Origin: Candidatus Omnitrophota bacterium | Lineage (GTDB): Bacteria > Omnitrophota > Gorgyraeia > Duberdicusellales > 4484-171 | Assembly: GCA_016935525.1 (NCBI GenBank) | Contig: JAFGQU010000023.1 | Location: 897-64,896 of the forward strand | DNA length: 64,000 bases | Direction of reading: 5' to 3' | Part shown: positions 56,593-64,000 of the stretch, in pieces | Layout of the letters: the number at the start of each line of letters is the position of its first letter | Position numbering within the stretch: the first letter of the stretch is position 1 | The notes under the pieces: generated by a model | The model's database searches: none | What the model was told of the DNA's origin: nothing | Seen by the model: the letters and a program-made list of their open reading frames with translations, nothing else | Made by a program: the position numbers and the translations under genes

Positions 56593-57909
56593 TTATTGGA
56601 TGATTTTTTTCAATTCGGCAAGGGTATCGATAATATAGTCCGGTCCGGCAAGTAAAATGTCTTCTTTTTTACCTATTCCATAGGTCACCGCGCAGGTCAG
56701 GATCCCGGCACCTTTACCGCTGGACACATCGAGGTTCATGTCTCCGACCATGAGGCATCTTGCGTGAGGATAAGGCGATTTCTCCAGCGCGCGGTTTACC
56801 GGACAACCGGAAGGTTTCAGGCAATGTTCATCATCGCCTCCGACAATATCCCGAAAATAGTGAGCGATACCCATTGCCTGTAACGTCCCTTCGGCCATTT
56901 CCCGCCGCCGGTTGGTCACAATAAGAAGGGTCTTATTCCTAAAATGCTCGAGCGTCTCTTGTACTCCCGGATAAAGCCGGGTATGGTCATATGAATGAGC
57001 CCGGAAATATTCGCTGAATATCCTTAATCCCCGGTCGATCTCTTCATCATCCCCGTTTTCTAACACCTGTCTGATCAGGTCCCGCGCTCCGGTACCGATA
57101 TAAGAGACGATTTCTTCACGCGATTTTTCCGGGCGCCCGAGGGTGCGTAACGTGTGATTCACGCTCCTGACAATGTCCTCGCGTGAATCAACAAGGGTAC
57201 CGTCAAAATCGAAAATGATCACATCGATAGCTCTTTTTTTCCTATTCATCTTTTTCACTATTGTATAGAAAAAAGGTACCCCGGCAATGAGTAACATCAA
57301 CGCCGCCGCACCCAGGAATTCACCGGAAAGGATATCTTTCATATCTCTGATCTGACTGGCTTTTTCTCCAAAATAGACGATCGCGACCACCCAGGGGATC
57401 GATCCCAGAAGGGTCGCGGTGAAATAATGACGGAACTTCATGGAAGAAAGTCCGCTGAGATAATTAAGGACTTCATAAGGGATTACCGGTATCAATCGCA
57501 GGAACAAGACTGTGGAAAACCCTTTTTTCCGCAAAAGTTCATCGACTTTTTTGCCGCGGCCGCGTAATAGTTTTTCTATCAAGGAGCGGCCCAATCCCCG
57601 GGCGATAAAAAAAGTAACGCTGGTCCCCAGGATCGCTCCGGAAAAAAGGTACACTCCGCCCCACACTTTCCCGAACAAAAATCCCGCGATGAACGCGACC
57701 AACGCGATCGGCGGGAACATCGTCACCGTATTGAGCGCGTAGATCAATACATAGACCGCTCCGCCCCATAGCCCGAACCGGCCAATAAACCCTCCCAGGG
57801 TATCGCGAGCCTGATGCACATCCAGCGGATGAATCGAAAGATAACGCACACCAAGGATCAATACCGTGATGATACTTATACTTAACACTGTTTTTTTTAT
57901 CTTGTTCAT
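56593..57909 (-). CDS. fusion protein: DedA/TVP38-TMEM64 membrane domain + C-terminal HAD-family phosphatase
   Basis: LRLIPVIPYEVLNYLSG (DedA) and FDFDGTLVDS ..GDMNLD (HAD motifs I and IV). Confidence 0.7.
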   Translation of the reverse strand: MNKIKKTVLSISIITVLILGVRYLSIHPLDVHQARDTLGGFIGRFGLWGGAVYVLIYALNTVTMFPPIALVAFIAGFLFGKVWGGVYLFSGAILGTSVTFFIARGLGRSLIEKLLRGRGKKVDELLRKKGFSTVLFLRLIPVIPYEVLNYLSGLSSMKFRHYFTATLLGSIPWVVAIVYFGEKASQIRDMKDILSGEFLGAAALMLLIAGVPFFYTIVKKMNRKKRAIDVIIFDFDGTLVDSREDIVRSVNHTLRTLGRPEKSREEIVSYIGTGARDLIRQVLENGDDEEIDRGLRIFSEYFRAHSYDHTRLYPGVQETLEHFRNKTLLIVTNRRREMAEGTLQAMGIAHYFRDIVGGDDEHCLKPSGCPVNRALEKSPYPHARCLMVGDMNLDVSSGKGAGILTCAVTYGIGKKEDILLAGPDYIIDTLAELKKIIQ

Positions 57910-57923
57910 GGTTTTGAAATATT

Positions 57924-60185
57924 CTAGAGAGGGATCTCGATTGTTTCCTCGGTCTCACCGACCGCTCGTACAGGATATCCGCGCAGATGGATCTCTACCG
58001 CCGGGGAAATACCGTGCCATTCTCTTTTAAAATGAACGCGTACGCACCGGCCGTCGGATTCAGCCTTGATCTCGGCTTTCCCGTACGATGTCCATACCGG
58101 GCCTAACGAAAATTTTCCGGGAGATTTAAACCATTGCGGCGGGATCCCAGCCAGGAGAATGAGTTTATTCCGGGCGCGTTCTCCCCGGATAAAACAATTA
58201 CGTATCATCATCACCCATTCGGCAACCGCCCAGACATGTTCACCGTCTCCCATACATCCGCCTCTGGTACGCGGATGGACCGCTTCCGGCCACTGACCGG
58301 TCGGTGAAGCAAGGTCGGCAACCACGTTCATCAAGTCAAGATACCGGGCATCACCCGCGCGCAGGAGAGCCTGGGCGATATGTAACGTCAGGTAAGGATT
58401 TATCCCGGAATGGCTCATATCATGAAAAAACCCGCCCGACACGCAACAATGGTGCAGAAGATATTCTAACGTTTCTTTAATCCGTTCGTCTTTCCCGTCC
58501 CATAACTGTAAGGGATATCCGGCGGCGATCGAACCGATCGCTCCCGAATCCATCCGCCGGTAAGGAGACGCCGGCATCGCGTTACTCTTAAGCCGGAAGG
58601 AAGCTTTCTGGAGGCTTTTCTCGATCGAATACATAAGCGATCCCGCTTCCTGCACGAAATTTTCGGCCCGGCGGGTTTGTCCTAACCGATCAAGAAGATA
58701 TCCGGCCGCGCGCAGGCCCGCGACTCCCCAGAAATCGTCCCAGTAATAGTAATCGCTCGGGCCCAGATGTTCGGCACTGAATCCCGAAGGAAGAAGACCG
58801 GCATGAGGGAGATCCAACTTTCGGGAAACCCGTTTCTTCTGGATCCATTCGGCGGCCCGGCGGATCGCGTCTTTCCATTGGACCCGCGGAGGGCGGCCGG
58901 TCAATTCACAGAACCGTTCGATCGCCCATAACACCTGACCGTTAGAATCCCATTCGCCTTCCTGAGATTCAAAATATCCGTTCGGTTTTTGACGGGTGAT
59001 CGAAATATCGATGACTCGTTCGGCTACATCATGAAATCCGCAGGATAACATCGCCTGCAGAATAAACGCCGCATCCCGGAACCAGAAATGACGGTACGTA
59101 TACGGGCCGGGATACACCTCATCGGGCGTATGGAGCAGGATCGTACGTAATGCCGCGTCGAATAAGAACTGAAATTTTTCGTCCGGGACGTTCAGGCGGC
59201 ATGTATTTTTAAAACTTTCCGTCCAATTGAAAGAAAGATATTTGGTTTTTGCCGAAGAACGGTTGAATTTTCCCGGTTTTTTTGCGAGTGGCACATCGAC
59301 CCCGATCTGCCGTATACGTGACGGGTCGATCTCAAAGATCCCCGCGGCCGTTGCCATGCCGACTTCACAATTTGCCCGCAGCCGGCTTTCCTTATCAAAA
59401 AGATGATGGTACACATCCCCTTCCCGGTAGGTAGAGAACACATGAGCGTCAAAAGGGACGGTAAAATAAAGAGAATGTTTATTATTGATCAACCAGCGTT
59501 TTTCTCCGGGATAATATTTTATCTGATGGATAAAACTTACTCCTTCCGGGTTATAAGGACGTAACGAGACGATAAACCACCCTTTTCTTGAACTGCGCGC
59601 CTGCCATTGGACCGAACATACCGGACGGTCTTCTTTTACCGTTACCTGTACGCGCGAACGTATCTCTAAATCCGACCATACACTTTCGGTCGTCACGTAA
59701 AGGCCCTCATCAATATGCAATCGTTGAGAACTTTTCGGGCAACGCGAAGGGATAAGCTGGCTCTCATCGGTGATCAGCCAGGCATCCAACGACCAGCCGT
59801 CAAAAAACGGCGTGACCAGTCCCCGGGGATCTATTAACGGGAACTCTTTCAGTCCCGGGATACCTACCGCGGTCCAGTTACGATGGGTAAGATTGATATG
59901 CGTAAGCGAAAACGCCCGCGGTACGAACGATTCCGAACGGGGATTAAACTGTTTTTCGACCCAGTACGGCCAGATCCAATCAAGATTATGCTGTATCGCC
60001 TGGCTGTTGATCAGGCCGCGGGCCTGTAAGACCGCGCCGATCCGTAACACTTCGATAGGGACCGCGACTTCCGAAGGCTGAGCGAACCGGGAAAGCCGGC
60101 TCATCAGCGATATCGGATCAAAAAATCCGCGTTTTAAAGCGACCCGGCGGACAATGAACCGCCAGGGAAACCATCTATACCACAT
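57924..60185 (-). CDS. GH15-like (alpha/alpha)6-barrel glycoside hydrolase (glucoamylase/trehalase/debranching-like)
   Basis: YRHFWFRDAAF resembles the GH15 WxRD signature; length and N-terminal beta domain fit. Confidence 0.45.
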   Translation of the reverse strand: MWYRWFPWRFIVRRVALKRGFFDPISLMSRLSRFAQPSEVAVPIEVLRIGAVLQARGLINSQAIQHNLDWIWPYWVEKQFNPRSESFVPRAFSLTHINLTHRNWTAVGIPGLKEFPLIDPRGLVTPFFDGWSLDAWLITDESQLIPSRCPKSSQRLHIDEGLYVTTESVWSDLEIRSRVQVTVKEDRPVCSVQWQARSSRKGWFIVSLRPYNPEGVSFIHQIKYYPGEKRWLINNKHSLYFTVPFDAHVFSTYREGDVYHHLFDKESRLRANCEVGMATAAGIFEIDPSRIRQIGVDVPLAKKPGKFNRSSAKTKYLSFNWTESFKNTCRLNVPDEKFQFLFDAALRTILLHTPDEVYPGPYTYRHFWFRDAAFILQAMLSCGFHDVAERVIDISITRQKPNGYFESQEGEWDSNGQVLWAIERFCELTGRPPRVQWKDAIRRAAEWIQKKRVSRKLDLPHAGLLPSGFSAEHLGPSDYYYWDDFWGVAGLRAAGYLLDRLGQTRRAENFVQEAGSLMYSIEKSLQKASFRLKSNAMPASPYRRMDSGAIGSIAAGYPLQLWDGKDERIKETLEYLLHHCCVSGGFFHDMSHSGINPYLTLHIAQALLRAGDARYLDLMNVVADLASPTGQWPEAVHPRTRGGCMGDGEHVWAVAEWVMMIRNCFIRGERARNKLILLAGIPPQWFKSPGKFSLGPVWTSYGKAEIKAESDGRCVRVHFKREWHGISPAVEIHLRGYPVRAVGETEETIEIPL

Positions 60186-60239
60186 CAGTGTTCTCCCGTA
60201 AAAGCATTATAACTTAAAATCCCGGATATGTTCATCACC

Positions 60240-60929
60240 TTATTTTACAGAATACCCTTTGAGCTCTAACGAATACCCTAATTTACCTAATCCGCGGATT
60301 CTAAGCGGAATACGCCGGGTGTCACTGCTGATCCAGGCTTCGAAGGTGTTGCCCGAACTTTTAAAATGGTAGGCATCGAATTTTCCGGCGGGCACGGTGA
60401 CCACCTCACGCCCCTCAAACTGCACATTGAAATCTTTAGTCAATCGCACCGGCATCTCCCACCCGTCAGGGAAATCCTGATACCCGCGTAACAGAAACGG
60501 CAACAAAACGGCATTATGTATCGGGCCGGTTTTTTTAAGTGTACGTTCGGAGATCTTCTTATCGCCCCGGTATTTTGTGACGGTCAAAATGAAATGTTCC
60601 TGATCGTATTCTTCGATTATCTTTTCTTTCTTGAGCCACAGCGATACCTCACGGTCGACGTAGAGCGGCAACATAGTCTCCTGGTCACTGTAGATATTTT
60701 CGGTATCATGAAATCCCAGGATATCCGCCTTAAAAACGGTCAGATGCATCTTTTTACCGGCTCGCTCGACGATCCCGCGGTCATGATACACCGCGCTCCC
60801 GGCCGGTTTTATATCGTATACAAGTTTTTCTCCTTTACGCATACCCGCTTCGTCGGATGTGCGGGTACAACCGGAAAGGAAACCTGCGGATAAAATAATC
60901 CATATCGCTAGGGGGATGAATCGTCTCAT
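60240..60929 (-). CDS. lipoprotein, hypothetical (DUF3108-like)
   Basis: Start at internal ATG giving lipobox LSGC. Confidence 0.45.
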   Translation of the reverse strand: MRRFIPLAIWIILSAGFLSGCTRTSDEAGMRKGEKLVYDIKPAGSAVYHDRGIVERAGKKMHLTVFKADILGFHDTENIYSDQETMLPLYVDREVSLWLKKEKIIEEYDQEHFILTVTKYRGDKKISERTLKKTGPIHNAVLLPFLLRGYQDFPDGWEMPVRLTKDFNVQFEGREVVTVPAGKFDAYHFKSSGNTFEAWISSDTRRIPLRIRGLGKLGYSLELKGYSVK

Positions 60930-61190
60930 GAAAATATACGGTTCCTGTCCTTTTCTGCGTATTATCACACACATTAAAAAAAAGTGCAACCGATAACTGG
61001 ATAGTCGTTAGTCAATAGTCGACAGTCGATGGTCTTCAGTCGAGTTAGCTCGTTTCCCCGTTCTGCCCGTTCAAATAGCGGAGGGAAACAGGGTGCAGGG
61101 TATCGGGTATAGGGTGTCGGGGAGAACGCAACGCGCAACGCGGAATCTCCGAACATAGAGTACAGTGGGGAACGGATAGAGTGAAATAGA

Positions 61191-61377
61191 AAATTAGCAA
61201 TGGCCAATCAACAACGAGCATTTATCAATGAAAGAAAGGATAAGAAGGAAACCTCAGGATTTTAAACTGATAATTGCTAAATGCTAATTTTGCATTGGTC
61301 ATTTATATTAGACATATGACTATGTGACCTGCCCGCTCCTGACTTACAGGAGGGCAGGCGGGCGTGTGTCGTGTGAC
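61191..61377. repeat. composite dispersed repeat, copy 4 (reverse orientation; hairpin insert CCTGCCCGCTCCTG..CAGGAGGGCAGG)
   Basis: Reverse complement gives AATGACCAATGCAAAATTAGCATTTAGCAATTATCAG, near-identical to copy 2. Confidence 0.7.
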
Positions 61378-61389
61378 TTCAGACGGAAG

Positions 61390-62829
61390 TTAGTTATTGC
61401 GGATGAAGGTGCGTTTGAGGGAATCGAACAGGCGGCCGCGTTTGATCTCACGGGCAAATACCCCGGCCATCACCTTAGGAAACATGGCCAGCATCGAAAG
61501 ATATTCTTTCGGAGTAAAAAAACCGATCTGGTGGCATTTTTTCAAGATGTGGATGAACCGGCCCGGAGTATAGAAAGAGAACTTTATTTTCCGGCCTATT
61601 TTTTTAAGATAATCATAAGGATATTGATCGGAATAGACTACCCCGTTTGTCCCGATATGATAACCGGGAGTTGCCTCTACCAGATTTCTCAACAGTGAAA
61701 ACTTTTCGATACGTAATTTTAGAAAAGTGATCGAATCGACACCGATCTCTTTGGCAAACTGGGCGATATACAACATCTCTTCTTCGGTTTCGGTGATGTT
61801 CCCGTAGATAAAATAACCGTGATAATAAATAGGATACCGGGTAAGTACTTTAAAATATGCGCGGACAGTCGCCGAATCGAACCCTTTATCGAGTTGTTTT
61901 AAGATCCGGTCATGCGGCGATTCGACCCCGATAAGTAACGCTTTAAACCCGGCTTTCACCATTTTTTCAAGAAGGGCCGGGTTCCGGGCAAGTTCGATCC
62001 GGCTTTGCGCCATGAATTTTTTCTTTATCCCGCGGGCAATAATACCGTCACAGATCGCCTCAAGCCTGCGTGGATCGATAGATACGTTTTCATCGCTGAA
62101 CAGGACGATCGATGCGGGAATTTTTTCGATCTCATCGAGCACCGAATTTACATCACGCGCCGAATATTCCCGTTTCTGTCCTAACGGGTTTAACGTAAAC
62201 GTACAGAACTTACAATTAAACGGGCACCCGCGCGCGGTCAATACGGTATCAAAATTCAAGTTTGCGACATTGATCCCGTTCAAGGTAAGCCGGTAATCAT
62301 TATGACGCAAAGTCCGGTCGGGAGCGGTATAGGCATCGACGCCCGGTAAAGGCCGATGATCGTTATGGATGATCTGGCCGTGTTGGCGGTAGGATATCCC
62401 TTTTATTTCCGGATACGGCACACCGTTCAGGAGTTCTTTTATCGTCTCTTCTCCTTCACCGCGGACCACTACGTCCACGCCGGGACAATTATTGAATATC
62501 TCCAGGACTCGTTCGGTCGCGGTATAACCGCCGACGACTACCGGGACATTTTTGGGAAAATGATTGATCATATCGAAAATCTGATCGAGCTGGCGGTCCC
62601 AACCGATACCGACACCGACGAAATCGACGTCACGTTTGATAAAATCGACCAGATGTTCGGTATAAGAGAGTTCCTTTTCATAACGCAGGTCCAAAAGGCT
62701 CACCCGTTCCACGCATTCTCGGGCGTTGGTCGCGACATACTCAAGGCCGGTCGGGGGGAAAAGCATCATCGCGCTCGTCGCGGAACGTTCGACATAAGGG
62801 TTGACGAATAAAGCGTGTTCATATTTCAT
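61390..62829 (-). CDS. B12-binding domain radical SAM protein (class B)
   Basis: N-terminal B12-binding fold then CPFNCKFC radical SAM cluster. Confidence 0.8.
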   Translation of the reverse strand: MKYEHALFVNPYVERSATSAMMLFPPTGLEYVATNARECVERVSLLDLRYEKELSYTEHLVDFIKRDVDFVGVGIGWDRQLDQIFDMINHFPKNVPVVVGGYTATERVLEIFNNCPGVDVVVRGEGEETIKELLNGVPYPEIKGISYRQHGQIIHNDHRPLPGVDAYTAPDRTLRHNDYRLTLNGINVANLNFDTVLTARGCPFNCKFCTFTLNPLGQKREYSARDVNSVLDEIEKIPASIVLFSDENVSIDPRRLEAICDGIIARGIKKKFMAQSRIELARNPALLEKMVKAGFKALLIGVESPHDRILKQLDKGFDSATVRAYFKVLTRYPIYYHGYFIYGNITETEEEMLYIAQFAKEIGVDSITFLKLRIEKFSLLRNLVEATPGYHIGTNGVVYSDQYPYDYLKKIGRKIKFSFYTPGRFIHILKKCHQIGFFTPKEYLSMLAMFPKVMAGVFAREIKRGRLFDSLKRTFIRNN

Positions 62830-62870
62830 AGCGAGACATTATAGCCTAATCACCGGTTTATTACAAACGA

Positions 62871-63995
62871 TTATACTCTTTCTGCCGGGGGATACATAAG
62901 GATCGAATCGGCACGGGCAAACGAAACCTTTTTACCGGCACTATGGATGACTTTACACGCACATTTCAAGTCTATTTCGGCTTTATGATCATAAATAACG
63001 TATTGTCGAGAAAACTCCTCCGGCGTAAAATTCACCATCACTACGTTTGCCCCTGCTCGTAATATTTCAGATTGCGCTTTATTCCCGCCGAGAGTCGCCA
63101 ATGCCGTAGTCGCCGGGATATACGCTCCCGGGACCGCAAGACGCGCCAACGCCGCCATACGGAACACCAGCTCGATGGCCGGGGAAACCCGGGCCTGTAA
63201 CGGGGTATCTTTTTGAGGAATAAACGGGCTGATCCCGATCATATCCGGCTGAAAATCGTTTAAAAAAATGATCTCGTTTACCAGGTCTTCCCGCGTGTGG
63301 CCGGGCAATCCGATAATACAGCCGGCCCCGACCTGAAACCCTATCTTACGTAAATACTCTAAAATCCCGATCCGGTTTTTAAGCGATTGCCCGGGATGTA
63401 CACGCGCATATAATGTGTCGTTGATCGTCTCATGTTTTAAAAGATACCGGTCCGCGCCCGAATCACGAAACGCCCGGTAGTCATCCCGGGAGCGTTCCCC
63501 TACCGATAACGTAACGGCCATCTCCGGATGGTTACGTTTAATCCGAGAAATGATCTGGCCGAGCATCTTGCGGCTGTAATAAAAATCGTCTCCCGATTGA
63601 AGCACGACCGTTTTGACCCGGCTGGCGGCTATTTTTTCCACGGCCGCGACGATCGCCTGCGGCGTCATCCGATACCGCGCGATATTCGTATTGTTCTGCC
63701 GCAACCCGCAATACCGGCAATTACGCACGCAGAAACTGGAAAACTCGATAATACCCCGGATATATACTGTATCCGAAAAGATCCGGGCAGATACTTCATT
63801 ACTGCGGATGAAAAAAAGGTTTCCGGAACTTTCCTCAAATAAACGGTCTATTTCCGCTTTGTGAAAAGCAGGAACCTGGCCGATAAAACCGTTTCTTTTT
63901 TCCATAACGGTTATTTTCTTATATTCTCCTGTACCGTCTTGATCAATACTTCCGGTTTTACCGGTTTTTCCAGAACCGCTTTTACCGGCAGCCAA
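62871..63995 (-). CDS. radical SAM protein of the BioB/HydE/PylB-like subgroup
   Basis: CVRNCRYC cluster motif and TIM-barrel length; an internal ATG (MEKRNG) is an alternative start. Confidence 0.65.
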   Translation of the reverse strand: MAAGKSGSGKTGKTGSIDQDGTGEYKKITVMEKRNGFIGQVPAFHKAEIDRLFEESSGNLFFIRSNEVSARIFSDTVYIRGIIEFSSFCVRNCRYCGLRQNNTNIARYRMTPQAIVAAVEKIAASRVKTVVLQSGDDFYYSRKMLGQIISRIKRNHPEMAVTLSVGERSRDDYRAFRDSGADRYLLKHETINDTLYARVHPGQSLKNRIGILEYLRKIGFQVGAGCIIGLPGHTREDLVNEIIFLNDFQPDMIGISPFIPQKDTPLQARVSPAIELVFRMAALARLAVPGAYIPATTALATLGGNKAQSEILRAGANVVMVNFTPEEFSRQYVIYDHKAEIDLKCACKVIHSAGKKVSFARADSILMYPPAERV

Positions 63996-64000
63996 TCGTT

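Overview
This 64 kb window is gene-dense bacterial chromosome, mostly minus-strand, with housekeeping and metabolic genes typical of an anaerobe. The genes I recognise are the pta-ackA pair, glgC, trxB, def, panD, aroK, nth, xth, rpsU, pilT, several radical SAM enzymes, an Fe-ADH and a PduO-type adenosyltransferase. One tRNA-Pro(CGG) is present. No rRNA, CRISPR array, integrase or phage genes are present.

The more unusual content, from most to least notable:
1. A full EF-G homolog carries a roughly 350 aa N-terminal transmembrane plus coiled-coil plus acidic extension.
2. A c-di-GMP island holds four standalone PilZ genes (two paralog pairs), a PAS-GGDEF-HD-GYP enzyme, a DEDDh exonuclease and a PEBP protein. 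A terminator-containing leader and three G(G/T)AAACGTTT(A/C)C palindromes sit in its intergenic regions.
3. An IS200/RAYT-like HUH Y1 transposase is bracketed by near-identical palindromic hairpins and sits next to XRE, RadC, PIN-PhoH2 and macro-domain genes.
4. Dispersed intergenic repeats are pervasive. A roughly 190 bp composite element (a GTCACACGACAC..GTCACATAGTCACACGT module plus an ATCAATGCAAAATTAGCATTTAGCAATTA / TTGCTAATTG module) occurs in four copies. The GTCACAC module alone occurs at four or more further sites, often with a GC-rich hairpin inserted between its halves. Many short word-like tandem repeats also occur.
5. Inverted copies of the GTCACAC module bracket an odd three-gene block: a secreted protein, a small membrane protein and a Ski2-like helicase.
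6. A roughly 130 bp leader module, with a 32 bp palindrome and a covarying hairpin, is duplicated upstream of two small envelope-protein genes.
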